Below are positions 11,736 to 23,900 of a stretch of DNA of 64,000 nucleotides, one piece after another. This DNA comes from Takakia lepidozioides (lineage: Eukaryota; Plantae; Bryophyta): contig CM060733.1 in assembly GCA_030704615.1 (NCBI GenBank), positions 26,722,001-26,786,000 on the forward strand, given 5' to 3'. Numbering within the stretch: the first letter of the stretch is position 1; each line of letters opens with the position of its first letter. The notes below the pieces were generated by a model. It did not search any database. It saw only the letters and a program-made list of their open reading frames with translations, and was not told where the DNA came from. The position numbers and the translations under genes are program-made.

Positions 11736-13104
11736 ATTCAATGTACCTGATACACGCTAAGGAGGGAGGAGTACTACACATCAGTATATATAGCTTCACT
11801 TCTAGCATTCTTGCATCTTGTATTGGCAGTATGGAGTCGCAGAAACCAGATACATTGGAGTTGTCGCTTACCTAGCTACCAGATCAGCCGTTCCGACTCT
11901 CACGACCTTCAACATCACGCCGACGCTCTCGAAACGATGGGCCACCAATGCGACGCGTACTTCTTCGTCTGGACCCCGTACGACGGCAAGTAAAGCCTAC
12001 TCAAAGATAATTCTGTTAGAGGTGGAGGCTTCAGACCCAGATGATAACGAAATCATGTTTGAAGGCAGTTTCGAAAATCAGAATGCTCAAATCACTTGAC
12101 TTCTTGTCTAGTCTTGTTCCTATAGTCTAATCTCTTATTTGTGTTCAGTCATGTTCTCGTCCTTGACACATGAGACCGAAACATCTATACCTATACTGGG
12201 GTCCCGAAATGCCTATATGCATTAATGTGCCTCGACATCAATGTCAAGATTGTTTACAAAGAGAGTCGTCCTGATGTCCACCTACATTACACATTATGTT
12301 GACATTACAATAGACCTACTTTGCAAAATCGGGCAACATTACGTTGAACTACATTGGAGAGATACTCCAAATTTACTCGAGATTTGTGTGTGTGAGAGAT
12401 TCGCTCTAGGCGTATGTTTGTGATTTGCTCTAGGTGTGTGCGTGTGTGTCTGCAATTTTTAATTAATCATAGGTGTATGTGATTGTATGTTCTACTGATT
12501 TGCTCTAGGTGCGTTCATTGAGTTATACCTGGCCATGAGTCTGCTCCAACCTCACTCTCTTTAACCTGCAAACAAGGCAAACAACTGTCAATTGGTGGAC
12601 CAATGAAATCAAACAAAAGAAATTGAAATCAAACTCAACTCAAGATAATTAAAAACGAGTCATCTATTATACATACTGCAATATGGAATTGTGTTTGTAC
12701 CTCTATTTTATCTCTGTCCTGCGGAGATGTATTTGTTGTCCGTGTTGTTCATATGCAGCTCATGTTGCTCCTGTCCCTACTCAGCCTATTGGAGCTTAAA
12801 TTGCAGGGCTAAGGTTCTGAAACCCTTATTTTAATAAGTGCATGGACAAAGAGATAGAGAAGAAACATGGGCAAAGAGAGAGAGAGAAGAAACTTGAAAC
12901 CTGAAATCAGCATTAAGAAACCATAAAATACTCAAGGCGCCTTTGAACATCAAATAGACCTGAGATGAATAGAAAATTGCAATTGCCCTTGTATGTCATG
13001 AGTTCTTTCACCTGAGAGAAGCTCTCATCAAATCTGTCAAGGGTGTGTTTATATCTTTGTTTACCAACATTTAATGTCAAGACTCCCTCCTTTATTCCCA
13101 TCTC

Positions 13105-13479
13105 TGTAACAAGGTAGAATGTAGAAGGTTCTAGATGGAGGAGGAAAGTTCCCTAGAAGTTTCCAGAATAATTAGGAATGATCATAAGAAATTTGACTTA
13201 AGGAAGTTTGACTTACGGCTCTCAAGTCAAACCTCTAATATATTCATATTATAGAGAGTAGGTCAAATCTTTGATAAAGTTATATTGTGGAGAATATGTC
13301 AAACCTAGGAAGATTGACTTTAGGAAGTTTTGACATGAGGCTCTCAAGTCAAACCTTTAAAATAATCATATTGTGAAGGGTATATAAACCTGTAATGAAA
13401 GCCTAGAAGGCATCGAGTTGTTTTGGGAAAAAGTTGAGAAGTACTTCTATTCTGGTTTGTGTAGAGCTTGGGTGTTACA
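13105..13479 (+). repeat. 5' LTR of element 2
   Basis: 375 bp. About 15 substitutions and 2 indels versus the 3' LTR by manual alignment. Confidence 0.95.
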
Positions 13480-13480
13480 A

Positions 13481-13492
13481 TGGTATTAGAGC
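13481..13492 (+). other. Primer binding site (tRNA-iMet)
   Basis: TGGTATTAGAGC, one mismatch to canonical TGGTATCAGAGC, 1 nt after the LTR. Confidence 0.9.
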
Positions 13493-13638
13493 CCAGTCTT
13501 TCTTAAAGTTGGGAGTGAATACCTTCTTTAGGAGGATTCGATTAAGATGTTTTTTTTTAAAGATTTTTTGTTGTTAATATTTTTAAGTGTTGAATAGATA
13601 GTAGTGATGGTGCGTCATAATGATAGTATAAAAATTTT

Positions 13639-14121
13639 ATGGACTTAAATCAACCCCATTTCCGTGATTTTCCTTCGGAGTGCGAGTTTAAAATTATATG
13701 TCGTCATAAAGCAGAAATTAGAGATATGATAATACAGAGATTTGGAGAGGAACAATATCAAGAAGTGTTACAAAATCCACGACCTGTCGTCTTTTCTATA
13801 ATTAGAAATTGGAAGGTATACATATGTGTATATACATAGTTCATGGATCGAGGTAGACATTTTCCACCTAATTTTCCACCGCCAAATGTATTTAGTATCA
13901 ATGTGCGTGTCATCGACAAACATCATCTTGTAAGATTTTTAGTTGCAGAATTTGGAGTAGAATTCATGAACCTTGTCATGAGTTCAAACGTCCCTTTTAT
14001 ATTACCAATAGTCACGTACGGGATGGTGTGGGATTGCACTATTTACATATTGTATTATGATAAGAGAATAGAAATAGTATACATTAATTTTAGAAGACAA
14101 ACACTACGAAGGAATGAGTAG
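13639..14121 (+). other. Extra ORF(s) upstream of gag: two mutually similar ~65-aa units
   Basis: ORFs 13639-13839 and 13843-14121 are in the same frame as each other and as gag (14131). They share the pattern FP...F.I..R..K......FG.E...V....P...I.....C..Y. Confidence 0.55.
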
Positions 14122-14130
14122 TGGAGCAAG

Positions 14131-15209
14131 ATGGCGGACAATGAAGAAATGGTGGACAACGCACACACTACTCATCAAGCCAATGATCAGACGGTGTGGA
14201 TAATGGAGCGCTTACACGAATTGCAGAATGCTCTTGTCACGACCCAACAACAAAACAACGTGTTGATGAAAGAGCTTAAACAAGTGAGACAATCAGCCGC
14301 CCCGGGACTGGTTACTGATGGATCGGATACGTTACTGCAAAAGATGACCAAGACGTGCAAGGTCGAGCCGTATAAATGAAGTCGCGCCATGGGAGTGCTA
14401 GAAAGATGGATTTATCGAATGAATGTACATCTGTCATATTTCCCTACATCAAGCGATTTGGACCACGGAATGTTCATACGATCTTTTCTACTCGACAATG
14501 CTTCAACATGGTTACAGACATGGGAGAGAAGACAAATTGCAAAAGGAAAACATTTACTATGGAGCACCTTGAAAGCGAGACTGCTCCAACAATTCAAGGT
14601 AGTAGATGTTGTTACAACTGCTCGAATGAAACTATAGAATTTGGAACAACGCGGGAGTGTGCAAAATTACATTGAAGATTTTTTGAATTTTCAGGTCCAA
14701 ATCAAATACATAAGTCCTGCAGAAGCTTTAGATAACTTCAAAAGACGATTGAAGAAGAAAATTCAAGGAGAGGTAATTTTACGCAACCCGGTTGATGTTC
14801 ACGAAGCAATTTCATTGGCCCAAAAGATTGAAGGGATGCTACCAAGATCCGACGAAGGTATACACGTTCCATTGAACCAATACGGACCAACGCCTATGGA
14901 ACTTGGAAATCTTCGAAGACGTGATAACTTCCAATACTCTCAAAGAAATAGGTCGGGAATCAAATATGATGAAGATAACACACAGCGGCGAATGAAATTG
15001 AATGACAAGGATGTGACCTCCTCAACATTCTCATGAACAGAAGGACAAAGGGAAACTAGACAATGTTACAACTGTGGAAAATACGGATATCTTGCAGTCA
15101 ACTGCCGAAGTGGAAGGTACAATTGACAAACTTATCAACTCTTAATAGTTTAAGGAGATGAGAAGATAACGAACATCACAATGAGCAGGAAAACGAGGAC
15201 AACCAGTAA
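14131..15209 (+). pseudogene. gag: gag of element 2
   Basis: LEQRGSVQNYIEDF, GPTPMELG, zinc-knuckle remnant CYNCGKYGYLAVNC, ending QENEDNQ* (TAA 15207-15209). Confidence 0.85.
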
Positions 15210-15237
15210 GTAGACCTCACGATCTTACTGGTTCTAC
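15188..15237 (+). other. -1 frameshift signal of element 2
   Basis: G GAA AAC at 15188-15194 followed by a perfect 10-bp stem AACCAGTAAG (15201-15210) / CTTACTGGTT (15224-15233). Confidence 0.7.
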
Positions 15238-17689
15238 AAAGAAGAGGAAAGACGAGGGGCCCTATAAGGAGAAGAGACAAATCAATCATGCGGGCAAGAA
15301 AGAGACGCAGTTAATTGTGGCAAATGGAACCTTGGAAGGTATTCATGTGAGAGTGTTGATAGACCCTGGGGCAATATAAAACTTCTTATCTAGAAAGGTT
15401 GCATTGAAACTAGGACTCCCCTTAGAAAAAGATGAAAGAGAGGTTGTAGAAATGTCAAATGGACATACAGAGGCCATTGAGACACTACCTAAAAACATAG
15501 AGTTGTCGATTGGTAAATATAGAGAAACCTTATAATGGCGAATGGTCAGACTGGTTCGATATGACGTAATATTAGGCATGCCTTGGATGGAATCTCACAA
15601 CCCTGAGCGTCGAAAGATCGTCAAAACCCAGAATTGAAAAATATGGGGAGATCGAGTGAGGACACCATATCGAAACCTATCATCATTTGTTATATGTACT
15701 ACAGCTATATGTAAGAAAGACTTATTATTTGTAGGTTTGATAAGAGACATGGAAAATCCGAAAAAAGACATGAGTGAGGTCCCTATAGAATTACAGAGTG
15801 TATTGAAAGAGTTCAAAGATGTTTTCCAGATGACCTACCAGCACGGCTTCCGCCAAAAGAAGAGTAAATCATAAGATTTAGGTTGTTCCAAGTAGTACTC
15901 ATTCTTGTAAAGTCCCTTATCGATTAGCAGCAAACGAGTTGGAAGAATGTAAGGCTCAAGTCGAGGACCTACTATCAAAAGACTTTATAAGACCAAATGT
16001 ATCCCCGTATGGAGCACCGGTGTTGTTTGTAAAAAAAAAAATGGAGCAATGCACATGTACATTGATTATCGAGCACTCAACCAGCAGACCGTGAAAAACA
16101 AATATCCGTTGCTACGCATGGACGATCTATTTGACCAACTGCGATGAACAAAATATTTTACGAAGCTTGATTTGAGGAGTAGATACAACCAAATTCGAGT
16201 CGTTGATGAAGATGTATATAAGACCACTTTCCGTACTAGGTATGAACTTTTTGAATACATGGTTATGCCATTTGGTCTCACTAATGCCCCAACCACATTC
16301 ATCAGCATCATGAATGATATCTTTCGTCCATTCTTAGATAGATTTGTGATAGTATTTTTAGATGATATTTTGATCTATAGTACCAGCCTTGTCGAGCATA
16401 GAAACCACCTCAAACAAGTAGTACAAGTTCTCCGTGAGAATCAGCTATATGCCAAAGCATCTAAATGTGAGTTTAGAAAACAAGAAGTAGATTATCTAGG
16501 GCATCGCGTGAGTAGAAAAAGAATTGAGGTAATGAGTAAGAAAATAGAAGCTATTCAGCAGTGGATAGCCCCTGAAGACATTACCCAATTAAGGAGTTGT
16601 CTTGGCATTACCGGATTCTACAGACGATTTGTACGGGCATTCTCAAAGATTGTCCAACCATTGACAAATCTTTTGGGCAAAAGAATTAGATTGAAGTGGG
16701 GTACAGAAGAGGAGTTAGCATTTCAGGCCTTGAAGGATGCGTTGCTTCATGTCCAGATCTTGAAATGGTATGATTCGACAAGACTAATCAAACTCTCGGT
16801 AGATGCGTCAGGCTCAACAGTGGGTAAGGTGTTATAACAAGAATGAGAAAACGGATGGCACCCAGTGACATATTTTTCTCGCAAATTGTTACATGCGAAA
16901 CAAAATTATCATACAACCAAACGAGAAGAATTGGCTATTGTTTTGGCTACAAAACATTGGAAGCACTATCTTAGAGACAAAGAGTTCATAGTGGAGACAG
17001 ACCATAAACCGTTGGTGTACGTGGAGGCACAGAAAGATCTATGGAAGAGACGGTTCGTTGGGCGGAGTGGCGACAACAATTTAACATGAAGATCGTCTGA
17101 ATGGAGGGAAAACGGCAATTGGCGGATGCAATGACAAGGATGCCGCACATGAACACATTGACAGAAATCAACATTCAACCCGATTGGTGGAACAAGATAG
17201 CGACGACGTCTAAAGATGATGTGGAGATCGTGGACGCAAAGTGACAGAAGTTCGAGGGTTAAGGAAGGTAAACTTTGGATCTCCAACCTGCATTGAAGAC
17301 AGAGGTTTTGTTTGAAGCTCATGATACGGCGATAGCAGGACATGTTGAAGTTGAAAAAAACATTCGAACAACTAAAACGAACATTTTATAGGCGGCGGAT
17401 GCGAGATGAGGTGGAGGCGTACGTTCGAAGTTGCATGAAATGTCAACAAAACAAGTCAACAAACCGCAAGCCAGCAGGTCTTTTACAACCACTACCAGTA
17501 CCAAACAGACGTTGTGAACATATAAGTATGGATTTAGTTTGTGAGTTACCTCAAACCTCATCGGGATACGACACTATAGTGGTCTTTGTAGACAAATTGA
17601 GTAAGATGATACACATCCGTCCTACTAGAAAATCCGTCACTGCACTTGAACTAGCTCGACTATATCTGGAAGCGGTCTATTCTCATCAT

Positions 17690-18531
17690 CACTACAACAG
17701 ATCGCGGTATTTATGACTATATATATGCATATTCTGCAGTCATAAACGGTACATATAACTTCTATGACTGTAAGTCGTGCAAACCAAGTCAATATAATGA
17801 GTACAGGATGGTACGGTCCGGATGACTACAGTCATATAAACCAAGTGATATCTCTCACTGCAGTCATATATACCATACTGCAGCTGCCGCTGCCGCGCCA
17901 CGTGGCGAGGCGTAATTGATTAAAAAAATTAAATTAAATTAAAAAATTGAAAAAATAAAAACATATGTCAAACGCCGCGTCGCACCGCATGCCACGTGGC
18001 ATAATGCATTTTATAATAACGAAAAAACCACGTGGCAGTCCATCTAGGGTACCAAATGCTATCCCTAGCTCGCCTACTAACCCTATGGCCATCTTATCCA
18101 TTTGATTGTACTTAGAAGAGTTTGAACCTACAACCTCTTTACTATAAGAGTTATAGCTCACTACCTGTTCCAATACACCCATTAGTCATTCATATGATCA
18201 TATGGTGTTTTAATTGTATTATATATACTAAATTACAAAATCCCCAGTAGTCATCATGACTATGTAACCTCATCCATATACACTGTAGTCATGGAAATGA
18301 CTATGAATGGTGAGCTAAATTTGGTCAATTGTCGTTGACCAGTCTTCCGCCCATTCCGGAGCCATGTAGTCATACAGACGACTATTTAGATAGTCGTTCA
18401 TATGACTACAGTTGTATGAACGATTGCGGGAGGTCAATTTCATATAAAAACATGGTGCAGTCATGGTCAAAGTCATGAAAACCATGACTACCACGGTTTG
18501 GCAGTCATAACTACCGCGATCTGTTGTAGTG
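17690..18531. mobile_element. Non-autonomous CACTA (En/Spm) element nested in the integrase
   Basis: TIR CACTACAACAGATCGCGGTA(T/G)TTATGACT (28/29), perfect 3-bp TSD CAT, and ATGACT/AGTCAT subterminal repeats. The integrase frame rejoins (YSHH|GLSKV). Confidence 0.96.
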
Positions 18532-19455
18532 CATGGGCTATCTAAAGTTCTCATTACTGACAGGGGTATCCAATTTACTAGATTGTTTTGGAAAAGCTTA
18601 TTTGGTCTTTTTAAAACCAAATTAGCTATGTCAACAGCCTATCATCCGGAGTCAGATGGATAGACAGAGCAAACGAATAATATAATTGAAGATATGTTGC
18701 GGGCCTTTACGTTAGAAGAACAAGAAGAGTGGGATTGGTTATTACCATTAGTAGAATTTTCATACAATAATTCGGTCAACGCGTCAACGAAAGATTTTTT
18801 TTTTTTTTTATGTATGGTGAACACCCACATGTGCCAACAACTCTTACAAAGTTTAAGTTACCAAATGAGGAGTTATTCAAGGTAGCCGTGACTAACGCAT
18901 TTGTGCAACAAATTCGACGGGGAGTACGTCAAGCTAAAGAGAAGCTGATGGTTGCCCAAAATCGCAAAAAACAGTATGCAAATGCACGTCGACGGGATGA
19001 GGAGTTTGCAGTTGGGGATCAAGTGTGATTGTCTACAACCAATTTACACATCATTGGATCGCGAAAATTACGGGCACGGTTCATTAGTTTTTTTTCGATC
19101 ATTAAACGTATTGGAGCAGTAACATACAAGCTGGAGTTACCACCACATATGAAGATCCATCCGGTGTTTCACGTTTCTCTACTACGTTGTTACGAACCTC
19201 GACCATCAATATTCAACGATAATCAAGTACCACAACCTTTACCAGAGTTGATAGACGGAAATGAAGAGTGGGAGGTCGACCGTGTTCTGAAAAAACGCAC
19301 ATACAAACGAGGGCAACATGAGGTGTTGGAGTATTTGATTTTATGGAAATGATTTCCATTATATGAAGCTACCTGGGAACCGGTGCAAAATTTCGCAAAT
19401 GCTTAATTGGCAATTCAAGCTTTTGAAAATTCGAACAACGAGGACGTTGCTTTTT

Positions 19456-19469
19456 GAAAGAGGGGAGGA
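19456..19469 (+). other. Polypurine tract of element 2
   Basis: GAAAGAGGGGAGGA just before the 3' LTR. Confidence 0.88.
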
Positions 19470-19470
19470 T

Positions 19471-19829
19471 TGTAACAAGGTAGAATCTAGAAGGTTCTAG
19501 ATGGAGGAGGAAAGTCCCTAGAAGTTTCCAGAATAATTAGGAAGGATCCTAAGAAGTTTGACTTAAGGCTCTCAAATCAAACCTCTAAGATATTCATATT
19601 ATGGAGAGTAGGTCAAATCTTTGATAAAGTTATATTGTGGAGAATATGTCAAACCTAGGAAGGTTGACTTTATGAAGCTTTGACATGAGGCTCTCAAGTC
19701 AAACCTTTAAAATAATCATATTGTGAAGGGTATATAAACCTGTAATGAAAGCCTAGAAGACATCGAGTTGTTTTGGGAAAAAATTGAGAAGTACTTCTAT
19801 TCTGGTTTGTGTAGATCCTGGGTATTACA
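19471..19829 (+). repeat. 3' LTR of element 2
   Basis: 359-bp direct repeat of 13105-13479. Confidence 0.95.
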
Positions 19830-19968
19830 CTTTCCCTCCTTCTCTCTTTCTCTCAGGGCAGAAATCCCACCTTAGAACATCAAACAAAAGTTGAGAGGAA
19901 ATGAATATGCAGTTACCTCTAAGCCCCTACGCACAGATGTTTCAGGCAGCCCGCCCTCCAGCTCCCAC

Positions 19969-20030
19969 TCCTGTAGTTCGATGGTAAGCTTCACAATTTT
20001 GTGCATGAGGTTACGAGTTCGATCCATCTG
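19969..20030 (+). pseudogene. tRNA-like / SINE head remnant
   Basis: A-box-like TAGTTCGATGGTAAG and B-box GAGTTCGATCC at tRNA spacing. No clean cloverleaf. Confidence 0.35.
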
Positions 20031-20145
20031 TTTGGTTTCCTATATAGGATGAGCTGTATAATTACTCCTATGTAGGTCATTTTGCCTTGTTTTGCACTTT
20101 CAACCTATAATAAGATATAGAAATTAGATAATATGTAACTGGGAG

Positions 20146-20810
20146 ATGGTGAGGAAGCATCGGAGAAACAATCTTGCATCAAGTCCGGTATTAAAAAGTA
20201 CATGGATTTTTGGAAAAATGACGTTATTGGACGATCAATATGGAAATATAATGAAACAATATGATCAATATTGGGCGGATATTCTTGAAGAACTTGATCT
20301 TCCGTTGGAGGAACCAAATGACGAACTTATCGAAGGATTTGGGCCAACAACAAAATGGGTCGAGCATCACATGAGAGACGATGTTCATAGACAATCTCAA
20401 GACGCATTGTCCGATAATGAAGACATTGTGGAACCGTATTGTGGGCCGAGATGTACCCGTTCGAAAATACCGTTGAATCCATTCAAGGATATTGAGAAGA
20501 GATTATTTGTCCTTGTTCGTCCAAATGATATGGAGACTTTTCCTGTTTGGATGGGAATGACAAAATCGTAAGTTGTACGAGACAGAGAAGATCGCAATTA
20601 CAAAAAGCTTCTTGTGGAGTGGTGGAGACCAAAGAAAGGGGGTAATCCTACGGATGCGGATAGATACAAAGATTGTTGGTCCAAAAATTGGGAGTTCAAC
20701 CCAATGCATCCCGCTCAGTGGATTCATGTGGACAATGCCACCGAGAAAAAATACGACAAAAACAAGCACAAAAAAAATAACTGCTCGAGAGGCGGACAAT
20801 GCTAGAGCAA
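20146..20810 (+). pseudogene. C-terminal fragment of a putative DNA-transposon protein (DUF7869/Sola-like type seen in bryophytes)
   Basis: IKSGIKKYMDFWK..YWADILEEL..EGF; FVLVRP..PVWMG..LLVEWWRP..YKDCWSKNW..QWIHVD. Recognised from memory of bryophyte TE-associated proteins. Catalytic core absent. Confidence 0.45.
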
Positions 20811-20959
20811 ATGGAATCAGCAAATTGTCAAGATAATAAAAACTAAAACGGTATAAATGCAGACAACTCTCCAATTTTCTTGTTTTCTTGTAATGTTTTA
20901 AATCTCAATGACTTTGAATGATGGATAAAAAATAATTGTTCTACTCAATTATAATGTTG

Positions 20960-23900
20960 TTCATTCTTCTAGCCAAATTTGGACCACTTTCAATAAATTT
21001 TGTATGAATAAATTTTGTTAGAGTGGTTGGGATTTAAGAAAAAACCTTTTGCTGAGTAATACTTGCAAGTTTTCATATAATCTCCTAAACACTTTTCCAT
21101 TTTATTTTATTTTGGATTGGTTTGGATTTTTTAATGACATTTTTATAGATGCTAAATGTTACTCTTTCATAATATTTGTTTATTATCTAATATACTTTAG
21201 TTTAGCCTAAGCCCAATACCACAAAAATAGAAGTTTGACACTCGGAATTAATTGTTTTTCTAACTTTGAGGTTGCATACTAGAGTGGTTGGAATATTTAA
21301 TTGAAAATTTGTATAGGTCCTAAACACTCTCCCATCACCCCTATCATTTATACTTTTGCCGGAGACTTAACCCTATAGTCTTAACCCTATAGCCTAAAAC
21401 GTAGTTGCTACATTTGAAGCTCATTAAATTGTATTTTCCAGCTTACATGTATGACAGAGTCATCAAGATATTTACTTGGAAATTCTTACTCTTCCATATG
21501 TTTTTCTTATTTGAAGTACTTTTGTTTATCCGAAACCCTATACCGCAAAACCTCATTCAAATCAATTTTTGAGCTTTGGATATAATACAAATTACAATGG
21601 TTAGAATATTATATTGACTTGATTGTTGAATGTTTAAAAAAATTATAGGTCCTAAATATTCATGCATATTTTTATGCGGTTCATACTTTTATTTCTTATA
21701 AACTATATGCCCCTAAAACCTTATATCCATGTTTGAAGCTTCTTAACCCCTAAGTGTCAAAACGACCCAACTTGAGTCGGTTGGGTTTAGAAAACAGGTT
21801 GGTTATCCCTGAGGGTTAAGCCTGATGTGGGCCCAGATAAGCTCATTCGATTGGAAATCAAGTCAGGTATGATGTGGCATTTCTCAATTGGTCATATGAC
21901 CTGGAAATTGCCACGTGGAGGGCGTAGAGTCCGCCACACTCGTGATTTTGAGGCCACTTTCCACCATCTAACATGCCATGGGGATGACGTGGCAACTAGG
22001 GTCAGGTTAGGGTGAAATTCCATGCACCCCCATGGGAGGGTGGTGCGTCTCCCAACACCCTTTGTTGTGCCACTTACCCCCTAAATGGCACCCGCAGCCG
22101 ACCTGCCTCAGAGATCTCCATGCCTAATCCCCAAGCTGGAATCAATGGCAATGGTGGCTCTTGGCGTGGTTTGGTGTCAAATCTGTTGTTGTGGGGGGGG
22201 AGAGCGTGGGAGGAGACTCAATTGATGCGCAGCGGTGTGCAGATCGAGAGCTGCCTGGAGATGCTTCCGTCCACTTTTGTGAAATCCTGCGAGTTTTGTT
22301 TTTCCGTCATGAAAACCGGGACACATTTCCGGCATGGGTGGCCCATGAACGCGTAGGGTGGGTGACCCCAAAACCCAAACCTGGGTAGGGGGGTGGACAT
22401 GCCTTGGGAGGGGTGGAGGCCTAATCAATTTAGGGACGCGTAGAATGAGGCACCCCCTAAAACCCTCCACAAGAGAGGGCTACTGCCCAAAAATTATAGG
22501 CCCACATAGGTGCAATTGCAAGTCTCATAGGCAGGGGGTAAAACGACCTAGTAGGAGACTCAGATTGGCCCGAAATGTTTTTGCGAAAAAACCATACCCA
22601 CCCACAACATTCCCACCGGAGCGATTGCCAAATGAATGGCTCAAACATCTTCCTCAATTTTCTGAACAAATCTTTTTGTCTGCCCGAAGGAAAATCCCAA
22701 ATTTGACCCCCCATTTTTAGCATACAAAGCAGCCCACCTGAGATTATGTCAGAAAAAGATGAAATTTGCAGGGAAGGTGTCTTATATGACAGGGCACCAG
22801 ATTCTGGAGAGTGTCATGTCAGAACAGTTTGCAGATGGGAAATTCGATAGAAAAAGCACTTTGTTTTTCCCTATTTACTTCATGTTTTTTTTTCTTGCAC
22901 CACTTTAGACATTATATTCTTTGGATCTGCTGGTTAAATTTAGACAGGGATTTTTGTGGTCGTAGGTGGGGTAGTTGAGAGTATATTCCAATGGTTAGTT
23001 TTACAGGGCCTTAGTAAATCTCAAGATATAAATGTATTAGAGGGCCAGGGTCCAATTTTTGAGGTCTTGGCAAAAATTGGCCCTTGTCCTTTAGGGGTTA
23101 AGAAAACAAATTCCTACTTTGGAATACAATGCATTCAAGGTTGGGATAGTTGATTGAAAGTTTTTATAGGTTCCATACACTGTTGTTGTTTTTTGAAAGT
23201 TTTTATAGGACCTCGAACACAAACTGTCTCTTCCATATTAGTTTCTTATTGATAATTTTGTCTGCCTCATATCCATGTTTGAAGCCCAAGTCCCGTTTTT
23301 GTTTTTTTTTGTTTTTTTTTCCTCCCATTTCTCAAATTTTCAGCTTTGGGGTACAATAGTGTGGGGACGTGGTCGGAACAAATTTTAATCCCAACATGTA
23401 TAAGATTGAATTAGCTCATTAAAACAATTGCTTAGTACTACTTGGGAGCAATTTTGTATGGAACTTCCTTATAAGCACTTTTCACCCATTTGTTAGATTG
23501 AATAGATTGTGTTTTTTTTTTTTTTTTTTTTTTTTTTTTGGCTAGTACTAAGCTTTGGGGACTTAGTCTATAGAATTTTATGATATTTAATTGAGAGATT
23601 TTATATGTCTTAATTACTCTTGTCAATTTTTTTTGTCATTGAATAGTACTAAATTTGCTTACCCTAAATCCTGTATGTCACCCTAATTTTTTTTTTGATT
23701 GTTTGAAGCTCATTATTCTTTTTCCCCCATTGACTCACTTTTAATAAGATAAAGTGGTCTGGATTTTTAATTGATATTTTTGTAGATCCTAAGTTCCATA
23801 CTTTCATATTTGTTCTTACCTATACTTTAACTTAATAGCCTAAGCCCAATACCCCAAAAATATCTTTGTAATGTTTGAAGCTCACTCAAAAATTTCTTTT

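Larger units (their letters stand above)
6980..12168 (+). mobile_element. Ty3/gypsy LTR retrotransposon 1 (Tf1/Tcn1-like chromovirus lineage), decayed and 3'-rearranged
   Basis: TGTCA...TGACA LTR, then gag (PEKFDG, CCHC), PR, RT (YLDD), RH and INT in Ty3 order, with many stops. Only the last 74 bp of the 3' LTR remain. Confidence 0.93.
684..12248. promoter_or_regulatory. Dispersed 18-bp palindrome CTCGACATTAATGTCGAG
   Basis: Copies at 684 (half), 1737, 5665, 6321, 6514, 6631, 6764 (degenerate), 6791, 6892 and 12231, plus one at ~25206. None seen inside the LTR elements' coding regions. Confidence 0.75.
15188..19455 (+). pseudogene. pol: pol (PR-RT-RH-INT-chromodomain) of element 2, interrupted by a CACTA insertion
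   Basis: VLIDPGA, IDYRALN, VMPFGLTNAP..VFLDDIL, VDASG, TDHKPL, CMKCQ, SMDLV, GLSKVLITDRG, HPVFHVSLL, chromodomain. Confidence 0.93.
13105..19829 (+). mobile_element. Full-length Ty3/gypsy chromovirus LTR retrotransposon 2 (decayed)
   Basis: Two LTRs (TGTAAC...TTACA), PBS, gag, PR, RT (FLDD), RH, INT, chromodomain (EWEVDRVL...YLILWK*F...ATWEP) and PPT. Degenerate 5-bp TSD ATCTC/CTTTC. Confidence 0.96.

Noticed and set aside
11900-11993. CDAYFFVWTPYDGK resembling the end of a MADS box
   Set aside because: It lacks the conserved RQVTFSKRR core, so chance similarity is likely.
6975-12173. TSD for LTR element 1
   Set aside because: The flanks CCCGG and CATGA match too poorly to call.
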